The notes under the pieces were generated by a model. It searched no databases and was not told the DNA's origin. It saw only the letters and a list, made by a program, of their open reading frames with translations. This document shows, piece by piece, positions 1 through 19,839 of a DNA stretch of 64,000 nt (the stretch's first letter is position 1; each line of letters starts with the position of its first letter). Source of the DNA: Callorhinchus milii (Eukaryota); NCBI RefSeq assembly GCF_018977255.1, contig NW_024704763.1, positions 2,976,001-3,040,000 on the forward strand, in the 5' to 3' direction. Position numbers and translations under genes: made by a program.

Positions 1-469
1 ACTGTGTATTTTAGGGGGTGAAATGCGGCCACAGCGATGTCCCACAAACAGTCATGGATTGAGTGACCAAATTACATAGGAGGCGCTACATCATATGTAA
101 GGATTATTATATTAACTAATCAAAGTTAGGAAGGTTCAAAGGCAAAAAAGAAAATTATTTCTCGACTGGAATCGCTTTGGTCACAGGAATCAGCTGCCTG
201 CGTGGTGAACACATTCCTGAAAACGTGCGTCTCAAAGGTACAAGTCTGTCTTGTTACAGTACAAGCAGATGTGCCTGCAGCAATGTAACAGGCATATTTT
301 ACAGAAATCTGTTTTTTATCTGGATAAACATGAGAACAAAGGCTCTCACCCCAGCCCACATCAGAAACTACGAGGACTGCATTGAGCAACAAACACAAAA
401 GTACAAGATATGAGAGAGAAAGAGAGAGAGAGTAGCCAGAGGTAAAGGGAGGGTTTCTACTAAAAACAA

Positions 470-790
470 AATAATCCTCACGTTTGATATACCACCTTTC
501 ACATTGGGAGAAAAAGCGTATCAAAGCACTTTAAAGGAGACACTGTAAAAGTGCAGTTATTTTGTATCTGTAAGCTGACCTGGCACCCGATTTACTCACA
601 GCCATGTCCCGCAAAAAGAGTGACTAATTTTAATCGGGGGATTGTTGGCCAAGGAAACCCTTTCTCTTTTTGAATAAAGCCATGGGATCTTTAACGTGCA
701 CCTGAACAGGCACAGACAGTATTTTGATTTAATGTTTCATCCTAAGGACGGCATCTCTGACAATGCAAAACCCACCCAGCACTGCACTGG
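470..790 (-). mobile_element. Deu-domain-type SINE copy with the local ATT-tailed 3' end
   Basis: Reverse strand reads ...ctgttcaggtgcacgttaaagatcccatggctttattcaaaaagag...ggccaacaatcc..., resembling the Deu domain, then the shared tail ...tatatcaaacgtgaggattatt. Related copies near 11600-11850(-), 16380-16480(+), 26680-26960(+), 47200-47300(+). Confidence 0.65.
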
Positions 791-1181
791 AGTGTCTGAT
801 GCACAAATAGCCGCAAGAAACCACTGCTCTGTGCTACCCAATCCTTTTCAGTTTCCACTCTTTTCTGCTCCCATTGAGTCTGTGTGCGTGTGCATGTGTC
901 TGTATCGTCCCGACGTGAAAGGTGCTGTACAAATGTAATTTTGTATTGTATGTTCACCACTCCTCTGAACCCATTCTGAGAGTAATACTTTTACCCAAAA
1001 AATCTCTGTCCTCTAATACTACAAGGACACACGGAGCCTTTTTGTCCACTTCAATGTAAAATCACAGGTGTCTTATGTTCACAGCCAAGTCAAAATTCTT
1101 CAGTAGGGTTGTCACTTGCGGAAGATACAACCGTGCATTAGAGACACCACGCGAAGTCATCATAGAGTGTCTACGTGTTAA

Positions 1182-8837
<7,656 letters not shown>

Positions 8838-9477
8838 TTCTAACTGCTCAACAGCAGGAGGCAGGTCTCCTGAACAGAACACAAAGTAAGATAAATATTA
8901 AACATGTATACAGTCATTTCAATAGATTACACAATACAGTATTGGTACAATTCAAACAGTCTTTTCAGCACAAATTACAACAACAACTTGCAATTATATA
9001 GTGCCCCTCATGCAGAGTAGCGTCCCAGAGCTCTACACTTTCTAGTGCCCCAAAACAGATTTTTTTTTACAGAACGGTGCTCTTTTTTCACACACTCTTT
9101 CTTTAAATCATTCCCAAAGTACAGCAATCATATTGTCAGATGAAATGCAATTGCGGCCACTGTCACAAATGCAAACTTTGGCGCTTATATTTCTCCCCTC
9201 CTCTTGAGGTGAAAGGTGAAAGGTGGGTATTTCTCGTTTACAGTCCCAGACCTTTAGAAGTAATGCCACACAAGCTGCCTTTAGCCTTTTAACTTCCAAT
9301 ACAGGGCTCGAGAGGTAGGGGAAGAGGAGATAAACTCTTGCAATTAAAACATCTGACAACGTGTCTTAAATATGAAAACATAATGCATACATTTAGCCCT
9401 TTTTTTTAAACCCCACCTTCTGCAACGCACACACACACACACACATATGTATATATATATATATAAATGTATTGTTC

Positions 9478-9582
9478 GTTGACTCACTTTCCTTTCTCCG
9501 TAGACGCTGCCTGACCTGCTGAGCGTTCCCGGCGACTTCTGTTTTTGTTTCAGATTTCCAGCATCTGCAGTATTTTGCCTTT
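9478..9582 (+). mobile_element. Fragment of a common fish/shark repeat (Penelope-like terminal segment) between (CA)n/(TA)n tracts
   Basis: gacgctgcctgacctgctgag...tttgtttcagatttccagcatctgcagt recalled as a widespread chondrichthyan repeat end; family assignment from memory only. Confidence 0.4.
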
Positions 9583-9983
9583 TATCTGTATAGTGATATA
9601 TATATACATATATATATATATATGTGTATATGAGACTGTATATGAAGGCAGGAACACTAAACAAAGTCTTGTGTGCAGTGTGTAAGGGGCCGGGGTGCAT
9701 CACGAAGACCGCCTCGTGCGCTGATCTAGAAATTATAATTAGAAATGAGCTGCTTTAATAACAATAACAATAATCCTCGCATTTGATAGAGCGCTTTTCA
9801 CGCCGGGAGGACGTCCCAGAGCGCCGCACGGAACCCACCGTAAAGCGAATGGACTGCGTGTTCGTGGGCGTAACGCGGCAACCGATTGCGCGCAGCGGCC
9901 TCCGTCCCGCGGACAGCGGCGGGTCGGCAAGTGACCGAGTTATTATTATCGCTGTGGTCGGTTTGGGAGGGAATATTACCATT

Positions 9984-10595
9984 GGGGGCTGTGTGTGTGT
10001 GTGTGTGTGTGGGGGGGGGGGGGCTGTGTGTGGGTGTGTGTGTGGGGCTGTGTGTGTGTGTGGGGGTGTAAGTGTGTGTGGGGGGATGTGTGTGTGTGGC
10101 TGTGTGTGTGTGGGTGTGTGTGTGGGGCTGTGTGTGTGTGTGTNNNNNNNNNNNNNNNNNNNNNNNNNNNNNNNNNNNNNNNNNNNNNNNNNNNNNNNNN
10201 NNNNNNNNNNNNNNNNNNNNNNNNNNNNNNNNNNNNNNNNNNNNNNNNNNNNNNNNNNNNNNNNNNNNNNNNNNNNNNNNNNNNNNNNNNNNNNNNNNNN
10301 NNNNNNNNNNNNNNNNNNNNNNNNNNNNNNNNNNNNNNNNNNNNNNNNNNNNNNNNNNNNNNNNNNNNNNNNNNNNNNNNNNNNNNNNNNNNNNNNNNNN
10401 NNNNNNNNNNNNNNNNNNNNNNNNNNNNNNNNNNNNNNNNNNNNNNNNNNNNNNNNNNNNNNNNNNNNNNNNNNNNNNNNNNNNNNNNNNNNNNNNNNNN
10501 NNNNNNNNNNNNNNNNNNNNNNNNNNNNNNCCCTGTGACCTGTGCCTGGGATTGATCTCGGGGGGGGGGGTGGGGGGGGGGTTGGGGTTTGGGGG
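9984..10595. repeat. (GT)n/GGGG low-complexity array spanning assembly gap 10144-10530
   Basis: Repeated tgtgtgtggggc units, N run, then G runs at 10560-10595. Confidence 0.9.
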
Positions 10596-10599
10596 CTAT

Positions 10600-10981
10600 C
10601 GTTTGGTGAAGCGAGTGCTCGAACCGCTGAGAGCCGCGGGACCCCACCGAGAGAGAGTGACACGGCCTCGAGTAGCCCCCAGTGCCGGGAGGGAGAGTGA
10701 AGCACTTCACTCACTCACTCACTCACTCTCTCTCACTCTCTCTCTCTGTCTCACGTGTCCCTCCAGCGGTGCCACACCGTCCCGGAGCTGCACAACCAGA
10801 AACCTTCCCGGAGTTCCCCATCACCCACTCCCCTGGTCTCCCTCCCCCTCAAAATAATAATAATAATAAAGAGCATTGTTGTGTTTTTTTTCCCCCTTCT
10901 TCTTCTGGCAATTGTCGGTGTCTTTCTGTTTTTTTTTGGGGGGGAAAGGGAGGGGGGGGGGACCGGATAGTGCGACACACA

Positions 10982-11014
<33 letters not shown>

Positions 11015-11510
11015 TGTTGATCGTCGGTCAAAGGGAGTGGCGGCTGATGGTCGGCCAACCGGACCGGAGCAACATTGTTGCCAGAGGTGTAGCAATAATG
11101 TATACAAACGAACCATCTTCCGGGGACGTCCCAAAGCGCTTCGCAGGACACACTGTCCAGGGCGTTGACTGTCCCCCAACCATCGCGCACAGCAATGTCC
11201 CCACACAACGGTCGCGGATCGAAAATGACCCATTTTTATTGTCGTTTTTTTGGGGGGAGGGATTATTATTATTATTATTATTAGGGCCGCGGGTGGAGTA
11301 AGGAAACTTGCCCGAGGTTTCGCCCTGACCTCTGCCGGGAAAACTTGCCTTTATGTAGCGCCCTTCACGCCGGGCTAGCGTCTCGGAGCGCTTCAGCAGC
11401 TCGCGTTTAAACGCATGGGCGCGAAGCTGCGATGGCTCGCACGACACGGCGTGCGTCGTAATACACCGCATGCTTATACCCCCCCCCCCCCCCCCCGCAC
11501 CCCCCACAAA
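10600..11510 (-). promoter_or_regulatory. CpG-rich putative AFG2B promoter with candidate non-coding first exon (donor at 10754)
   Basis: High CpG density; - strand donor ...GGACAC|gtgaga at 10755/10754; the first coding exon begins at a clean acceptor (gttctgttcag|) at 8869, so an upstream exon is expected. Confidence 0.5.
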
Positions 11511-12100
11511 TCACCAATTCTCACTTATTGAACGACGCAGTACTTGCGAGATCTGGGCTCTTATTAATAACTAATCCTTTCCTTTGACGCACAGCACTGG
11601 CAGGACTTACTGTAAAGCGAACCGTGCATTTTTGTAGGAGATCGGGGGCGGCCCCATTTGGCGCTCGCAGTGTCCCGCAAATAGCCGTGAAGTGAATGAC
11701 GTTTTTCCAAGTAGTGCCTTGGGATCTTTAAGGTCCGCCTGAATAGGCCGAATGGACCTTGATGTAACATCCTATCTAAAGATCTGTAGATCCAGCAATG
11801 CAGCACTCTCAGCACTGCGCCACACTGTGAATTCAAAGTCCCGACCTGGGCAGAATTGTGTATTTGTCTCGGGCTGATCTCTACTAATGCAGTAATGTTA
11901 GCAAGTTGGAAGGCTTCAGTTAAGCCAGGAATGTTACTGGTGGCTAAGTGCAAGCAACGCATACCTTATTCCACGTTTTGTTCTTTACTTATGTTCCAGA
12001 AGATTTGTAGCCTAAGACTTGGTGACCCCCAGAGTGCAAACAACTGAGAACAACAGTGAAATAAAGTGTACTTCCACCTTTAATTTTACTGCAACAACTT

Positions 12101-13951
12101 TCACGGGTTACCCTGCGGCCTTACTCGCTTGTACACTCGATAGAAAATATAGGAGAACAGAATAGTTATGGCTGCATTGAAGACAAGTTGCATCGATCGC
12201 AGCGCAGACCCAGGGGGAGGGATTCTGGTGATCTCCTGAATGTCAATTGTTTTGTCCCAGTTTTCAATCATCCCAGGCACGTGCCCAGCGCCAACCACGA
12301 CCACTACAATAGCCGGAAATCTCGTCCCGTCCTTCAGTGGGATGGGCTTGGCTGCCCGCCGAGCGGCGTGCACCAGGAACTGGTCTCTCTCGGAGATCAG
12401 GACCCTGGTCAGGCTGGGCGACTGCTTGTGACTCTCCGCCAGGATTTCTTCCACCGCTTCCTTCTTCTTCATTTCCTCAACCCTGGCTTTGGAAATGTTG
12501 GTGGCGGTCTGTCGCTTTGGCGAGTCGTACGTAACCACTTTGTACAGCGTGGTGAAATCCACGGCTCCCAGCACTCGCCTCAAAGTCACCTCGATGGAAC
12601 GGTCTCCCAACAGAACCCTACAGCCCGGAACCTGCTCGGCCGCGGAGAACGCCACTCTCATCTCCCCACCTGGAGCCATGTTTAGCTTCTTGGTGACTTT
12701 GGCCTGGATCAGGATTATTGTTGACTGAACCAGGCCGAGACCCAAACCATTGCGTCTTATCGTGCGGCCAATTTTGGACAGACTCAGGGACTGGGCCTCC
12801 TTCAGCGCCATGTCCTCAGGCAACAGCATCACATCTTCTCTTCCACTGCACAGCTCCACCATCACCACATCAGGCTGCATGGCCCTCACCATCTTGAGAT
12901 ACAGAGAGAGAGAGAGAGAGAGAGGGAGGGAGAGGTAACAGGGCATTTACCATCAGCTTAGAGACAGAGGAAATACCAGTGGACAGTACTCATCAACTAC
13001 CTGCTTGAAAACTCTGGACTGAAATTATCTCACCAAGCTATTTTCTCGAAGATCCTCACACTCATCTTCAAATCCTTTCGCACCCTGGCACCTCCCATCT
13101 CTCCGACCCATTTCCTCTCCAAACTGCTTACTCCCCAACCCATTACCTGCTTGGCAGCTTTCAGCCGCTTCCACCCCAAAACTCATTCCCTCAATCCCTC
13201 TGCTTTTCCCCTTTCTTCAGGTCACATCGGAAAACCTTCCTCGTCCCTCTGGCTCGGCATCATGCTCTGCCAATGTCGAGGATACTACCCCGCATGAGGG
13301 GCGCAATATAAATCCAAGTTGTTGTTATAAATTGGAAAGCAAATTGAACACTTTTTTTCTGAAACAGACTTATAGAGTTACACCGGTCTCTCCAAAAAGA
13401 CCTACCTGTAGCACATCTTGTTGACTCTGTTCACTGAAATGTGCCACCCCGACCACATAAACACGGCTCCCGTCAGCGGTCTGCAGGAGGGTCACGCTCT
13501 CAGGAGGCGTGAAGCCCTCCACATGGCGCAATGCTCGTCTCTTCTCCAAATCCGCCAGATCTTTCTCCTCATATTCGATCACTGCCTCCAAGTCATTGGC
13601 GTCCAGAACCTCCACTCCCGCTTCCGAATCCAAGTCCGGCTGGTCGTTGACGCCTCCCGGAAAGATGAAAGGACCGGGCTTGCTTCCCACTTTGCCGCCG
13701 AGCAACAGTTGGCTAATCAGAGACCAAGAGGCTAGAGAAGAGTACGGAAAGCAGTTGTTTCGTAAAGAAGTCCTCCTCGTCTGATCACTGCCCTGGTTCT
13801 GCACGGGTTTGCTGAGCGAGGCGTCTGATGCATCGCTCCATCTCTGCACAGGCTGAAGCCTGTGGTTTACCAGGTCCCAGAGAAGCCAGTTTCTAACGTC
13901 CTGGGCACCAGCTCCAGGGAGCCGCCTGCACCATCGAATTGTCCTGAACAT
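12101..13951 (-). CDS. TraB-domain protein, divergent TRABD paralogue; 2 coding exons, 445 aa, C-terminal tail anchor
   Basis: Exons 13951-13406 (CAG|gtagg) and 12892-12101 (ctcaag|ATG...TGA), phase 0, no stops. Motifs GSRVYVVGVAHFS, QPDVVMVELC, MAPGGE, LGDR, ERD, VVVGAGHVPG match TRABD/TraB. Hydrophobic tail LVFNAAITILFSYIFY followed by basic RVYKRVR. ATTAAA on - strand at 12079-12084. Candidate upstream acceptor at 14006. Confidence 0.88.
13030..13330 (+). mobile_element. Decayed L2 LINE 3' fragment inside the TRABD-like intron
   Basis: Translates to KILTLIFKSFRTLAP (L2 ORF2 C-terminus-like); ends ggcgcaatataaatccaagttgttgtt. Confidence 0.65.
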
Positions 13952-14199
13952 CTGACACAACCGGCTCCTCTCACCCTGCGATCTCTATCCTCAAACCGCT
14001 GTTTTGCTTTTAGAATAAGAACAAAAGAAATGTAATAATTCTTGCGTGCCAATTGGATGCCACGCTTCGCCCGTAAAAGACACAGTCAATCCGCTTTACA
14101 GTACTATCCCGTGAAGCGCTTTAAGATGTCTTGACAGCGTGTAATGCATCAGAAAAATGCAACGATAACCGGACCCAGGAAAACAAATACTTCGCCGCA

Positions 14200-15353
14200 G
14201 CTTGGATCACCCCATTAACCGCAGGGGACCTGTATCTTCAGCTGAAGTTAGGGTTACGTACGCCTCGTTACTGGCTGCGCAGGGCATGCGGGCGAATCTT
14301 TAGCCCGACCCCCCCGCCCCCCCGAAAGATTGCCCCACAAAATAATCACAGCAAGAACTAAATAGCAATAGGATTTATGTCATTAATCGAGAAATTATTT
14401 CTATGGTGGGACGTTTGTTTTGTTGGTCAAACCAAAGAGGTTGTCACCACTGCTTTAGACGGACGTTGGGTTATACAATGATGAAGAGGAAGAGACACAG
14501 AGAGAGGGAGGGGAGAGGGGAGAGAGAGAGAGAGAGAGACCCAGTGGAAGGATCTGGACAGCGTTCGCCTTTTCCTGATCTATTTCCGGGGATTCCCCCC
14601 CTCCCGGGATTGATACATTCAGTCTGACTGACGTCACAGAGCGGCGCAGTGACGCGTCGTGGGGAGGGGGAACCCCGGGGATATCCCGAGAAACCACACA
14701 AACCAGGCGGCCGCCCCCCCTCTCCCCCAACCCCCACCCCCACCACTCTCCCCCAACCCCCACACCCCCACCCTCTCCCCCACCACCACCCCCACCCTCT
14801 CCCACACCATCACCCCCACCCTCTCCCCCAACCCTCACCCCCACCACTCTCCCCCAACCCTCATCCCCACCACTCTCCCCCAACCCCCACCCCCACCCCT
14901 CTCCCCCAACCCCACCCTCACCCCTCTCCCCCAACCCCACCCCCACCACTCTCCCCCAACCCCCACCCCCACCACTCTCCCCCAACCCTCACCCCCACCA
15001 CTCTCCCCCAACCCCCACCCCCACCACTCTCCCCAACCCCCACCCCCACCACTCTCCCCCAACCCTCACCCCCACCACTCTCCCCCAACCCTCACCCCCA
15101 CCACTCTCCCCCACCACTCTCCCTCTCCCTCTCCCCCACCACTCACCCCTCTCCCCCACTGCTCTCCCCCACTCCTCTCCCCCAACCCCCACCCCTCTCC
15201 CCCACCCCAGAGCTTGGGTTGGATCGGGTTGGGAATCGCTTGCGAATAATTCCCGGGAATCTCGTCAGTCGGATCCCCCTTCCCCCCCCCCCGCCCCCCG
15301 GGAAAGCGGAAATCCGAGTCACACACCAAACCTGGTGTGAGGGGGTGTGAGGG
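14200..15353. promoter_or_regulatory. Shared head-to-head CpG promoter region of the TRABD-like gene and ARPIN
   Basis: Divergent start codons 1.4 kb apart (13951 -, 15354 +); full CRE TGACGTCA at 14629-14636 plus half-site TGACG at 14650; CpG-rich. Confidence 0.65.
14715..15208. repeat. C-rich minisatellite (unit ~CCCCACCACTCTCCCCCAACCCT/C)
   Basis: Tandem ~20-25 nt units, essentially no G on + strand. Confidence 0.9.
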
Positions 15354-18300
15354 ATGAGTCGGATTTACGATAACGCGGTCCTTAGGAACAAACCTGTGAA
15401 CTCGGAGCAGGTGTCTGCGCTCTGGGAGCCGGTGGCCCTCCAGGGGTAGGTACAGGGGGGGGGGGACCACTGGAACTGGAGGGGTTTTTTTTTTTTGGGG
15501 GGGGGGGAAGAAACGAGCAAATCACTGAGTTAGGGGGAAAGGGAAGAGAGCCTGGGAAGGGGGATCGGATCCACCAGCGCTCCCCACTTTCTGTCTATCC
15601 GTTTTCCCACTGGTCACCCTCTGCACTCCTCTCATCTGCAAACATTTGCTCCTCTCCATTCCCCTCGTCGCTGTTCCCACTTCTATCTGTTGCTCCAATT
15701 AACCCCCACCCACCCCCACTCTTGATTCCAACCCCCAGCTCAGGTAACCTTACGTCCAGCGCCTTGGGAAGTCCTTCCGAGATGAAGGGCGCAAAATAAA
15801 TGTGGTGGTCCGAACCGGTTTCACGGGAACTCATGTTTTCCAGTTTAAAGTAAAAGATGCCAACGTTTCGAAGCTTTCGTTTTGAGAACTTATCCGACCC
15901 TCCCAGTTTTGTTCGGTTTTATTTCGCTGCCGCCCTTGGACGGCAATCATTCTGCGAACACATGCCAGAGGGCTGGCATAGCAGAGCGCCCCTCCCATCA
16001 CGATCTCAAGAGCCAAAGTACTCTTGTGTATCCACTTGGTTTGAAAATACTGTAATTTGTTTAAATTGTGAGCGTGCCTGGCTCCGAGACGCTTTGTTAA
16101 CCTTACAACCACTGGATCTTGCAGAGGTAATGGAGTGATCCTGGAAGGGGAGTTGGTGGACGTCTCCCGCCATGTGATCACAGATAGCGGTAAAAATAAG
16201 GTAAGAAAATATTTTGAAGTATTTCCGTGTGTGCTCCGACAACCGGTTATCATTAACTGCCCCCTTACCAGTGGCCGAATCATTTAACAGTGTTGGTAGC
16301 ATCATCTCCTGGGTCAGAAGGTGGTGGGATCCAAGCCCCATGTCAGGACTTTTGAGCGAGGCTGACCATCAAATGCAGTCCTGGGGATCACTGCATTTTC
16401 AGAGGTGCTGATTTTCGGATGACGTCTAAAGGTCTATTAGTTAGGTGGATGTTAAATATCCCAGAGAAGAGAGTTTCTCTCCCTTCACAAAATAGGTGCT
16501 CAAGCACACACAACGATTAATACACCAATCCTAAAATATGGGAGAAAATATATAGTTTGAAAACAAATACAGGCTGAATAATATAAAAGTCTCATTATAG
16601 AATGCAAAGCTAGGAAAGGAAGATTAATGTATTAAAATACCATCATGGGGATTTTTTAGGATCGCTACTTTATTCTGTACATCAAACCGACAAGGATCCA
16701 CAAGAGAAAGTTTGATTCTCTCGGAGTGGAGATGGAACCAAACTTCAGTGATACAAAGAAAGTAAACACGGGCTACTTGATGTCTTCCTTCAGTGAGTAT
16801 GGAATTATAATAATAATAATCCTTGCATTTGATACAGTGCCTTATTACATCATTGAGACATATCAATGCACTTCACAGGATATTCTTTGAAGTGCATTGA
16901 CTGTGTATTTTGTGGGTGAAACGTGGCAGCCAAATGCACACGGCAGTGTCCCGTAAACAGTCGTGGATTGAGTGATTACATTTTCTTTCGTAAATTATTA
17001 CCCTCTGAAAGCAATCCGCCAATCAACTAACAACTGGGTTCCTACTTACTGCTAGGTAAACAGAGGAGTGTGGAGTATGGAAACTTGCCCAAGGTTTCGC
17101 TTGGGAATCAAACCTGGTCCACTTGCTTGCGAGGTGAGCGCACTAACCACTATGGGAGTAAGCCGTGGCCTGAACTTTCTACTTTTTGTCTTGTCATGTG
17201 CTACACTGCTGGACAGAAGTGGAAGCCAAAGGACAGACAGACAAGATATCAGTAGAGGAGCTGAAGAGACTGCTGAGCAAACCGGCGCTGCTGAGAATCT
17301 CCGAGAAGTACACGCCCGACCACACAGTGGCCTTTTGGCTCCCCGAGGGGGAAATGGAAAAAATTGAGCTTGAGATGGGAGATGTTTTGCGTTTGAAGAC
17401 CAGAGGTGACGGACCGTTTATCTGTAAGTGACAAGCTAGAGGCTTTAAACCATCCAAAATACCCAATAGATAGTCATTAAGACCAATTTGCCATAAAAAT
17501 TGAAGGTTGGCAAGCATTCTGGGAAATTCTGTCTTAATTAACGATTCAAGACACTAAGGGGGCTATATAAATACAAGTTGCTGTTGTGGTTAATTTGGAA
17601 GACAAGTCTTTTTGTTGTCATTCAGTGAAATACCCGCAAAGAAACCGCAATTGACTAATTTTCAAGAAGTTTCAAGTCTTAACTAAAGGTCTCCAGAATC
17701 AGCAGGTTCCACAATAATAAAACATGGTATTCATTGATTATTTTTACAGTTACTTTGGCAAAAGTGGATGCTGGAACCGTAACGAAATGCAACTTTGCAG
17801 GCGATCAGGTTGCTGGAGTCTCCTGGACTGAAAAAGTCTTCGCTGCTAAAACTCAAAAGGAGCAAGACTCCAAAAGTGGTGGGCAAGGAGAAGGTGCAGA
17901 GGAGGATGAATGGGTGAGATGGGAAAGCAGACTGAACTGATTGTGGGAGCTGTTCCTCTTAGAGATGTTTAAATGGAGGATCAATGCCCAGACACTGATT
18001 ACGCGACACTGAAACATTGGAGTATTCCAAACCCTGGCAAAATTCAGTAGCCTATTCAATAGGTTGGGGGATGCATCCAAGCCCAATCCTTTCCTAACTT
18101 GATACGGACACTGGCCTGCCCCACATCCCCTGCCCTGCCTGCTCCACTGTCAGAGTTCAGGCCCTTATCCTTCCTGTACCCACCCTTCTGGAACTCAATC
18201 CTGGTGTCCCTTCACCTCATCCACTCCCTTGCCTCCTTCAAGGCCCGTCTCAAGACTTTCCTCTTTGACTGTGCTTTTGTTCATCTTCCCACCACCACCC

Positions 18301-18449
18301 CTTGCCCTCCACCTCTCTTGACTCCACCCTGGTGAGAAGTAAAATCAGCGTTCGTTTGAGTCACTGAGTAAAACCTTGTGAGAAGTGATTCCATTGTTCA
18401 ATTAGAGTTTTCATTTAACGCACGTTTCTTTTACTTCCAGGAGGACTAA
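15354..18449 (+). CDS. ARPIN: Arpin, Arp2/3 complex inhibitor; 6 exons, 226 aa
   Basis: Exons 15354-15445, 16125-16200, 16660-16792, 17217-17423, 17750-17913, 18441-18449; all GT-AG, frame-consistent (681 nt). Starts MSRIYDNAVLRNKPV, contains GVILEGELVDVSRH, EPNFS and LKTRGDGPF, and ends with the acidic A-motif GAEEDEWED. Confidence 0.96.
16805..17155 (-). mobile_element. tRNA-derived SINE, long variant, in ARPIN intron 3
   Basis: Reverse of head (tagtggttagtgcgctcacctcgcaagc), body (gggcaagtttcc...ctctgtttacctagcagtaagtaggaaccc) and tail (atcaaatgcaaggattattatt). Confidence 0.85.
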
Positions 18450-19839
18450 GGTTCACAGCTTAGTTGGATCATTAGCAAGATACAGGAATGCCAGAAGAAA
18501 TGTCTGTCTGTCTCCTGAAATGATTAGAACAGGGGAAGGCTACGTCACATGATGAGGGCAAGCAGGATTGAAGAGGACCAACCCTTCTTTCACTTAACAT
18601 TTTCCTCCTCTCACCCCCCACCCCACCCCCTTGTCCCTTGTCTCTTCCTTCCCCACCTTATAGAGTAAACCACACATAAGTCGTATCAGTTAGGACTTAT
18701 GCAAAGTACGAGTTATGTCAAACTTGCATAGAATATAAACTCTTGAATGGGACTTGGGTAGATGTATAACTTAGGCGATTATACGATTTACACAGAGAAG
18801 CGAATTTTACTGTGTTTCAGACACTTATGTGAAGTTTGTATCAAAAAGTGTCTGCCTTACAGCTGGTTCTCCGCCATGTTACACAAATGTTTGGCTCCTG
18901 GCCAGGGTTAAGAACATCTATTAGGTATTTTCTGGCATGGAGTGAAGTGGAAAGCAACTCAGAAACAACTGTTTACTTTGCTCGCTCCATTCACTTCAGA
19001 TGATGCCAAACCTCAAATGCAGCCTTTTTTAATTTTTTTTCTTGACGTGGCGAGGGCATGATGCCCTATGTTGCTTTATTAATGTCACTGGTCACAGGAC
19101 ATGCATTCCATGAGACACGGTGTATCTTTTCAAGTCAAAAAATCGATGTCTCAAAACACTCTTCAGTGAATTGTTCTGGTGGTTGAAAAGACTGCCTCGT
19201 ATTGCCCCTTTTGCACATAGTATATTATTTGCGCTTGATTTTTTTGGGGGGGACGTGGAATCCATTTTGGCACAAAACCGATTCCAGTAAAACACAAAGT
19301 TCCACTTCCAGGAGTCCTCCTGGAGCACATGTGTAAGTCTGTAAGTCGTTTTTTTAACTTGTGCCAAATAATTTGCAGTTTTGTTCCCATTGAACCCAAC
19401 CCGATCTTCCATGCTGCAGAGAGGAGACGCTACTCCCATCAGTCAGCGTTTCATTCACATCCATTTATAATATTATTATTATTAGTAGTAGTAGTAGTAG
19501 TATCCCAGCTCCTAAAAGTGAAGATAGTACAGTGTCCCAGACCAGTGATTGTGAATGCCATTCAGCAATATAATTTTGCCCATTTTGTTTGGGGAATTTT
19601 GTTTTATTTGGTGCTTGGCTTCTGAGTGCGAGATATTGATTTTCGAAGAACGGTCTTCACAAAGCACCGCCGCCCGTCCCCAGGCTTTTCTGCTGACTCG
19701 ACCTGACCACAGTTTACAGCCTTTGTTTTTTTTTAACAGAATGATAATAATAATAATCCTTGCATTTGATCCGGTGCCTTACGGCAGTGTTGGAAGATCT
19801 TATTTTGTTGTTGTGCCGTTTCGAAATAAAAGTGACGAG

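Noticed and set aside
126-524. 132-aa - strand ORF with a signal-peptide-like stretch, plus an apparent ATGGCT|gtgagt mini-exon near 600
   Set aside because: The ORF starts in a SINE tail and crosses a (GA)n tract; the apparent exon is a mutated SINE body motif. No similarity to a protein I recognise, including C15orf48.
9470-9540. Possible Penelope-associated hammerhead ribozyme (also cgaaacgtt on - strand near 15862-15875)
   Set aside because: The CUGANGA core with correctly spaced GAAA is absent.
9755-10857. Long ORFs of 186-319 aa
   Set aside because: Artefacts of the N gap and (GT)n/(CA)n repeats.
14455-15470. Pro/His- and Gly-rich ORFs, likewise 20298-21416 and the Gly-rich extension of 59821-60522
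   Set aside because: Translations of stop-free minisatellites; the real exons end at clear donors before the arrays.
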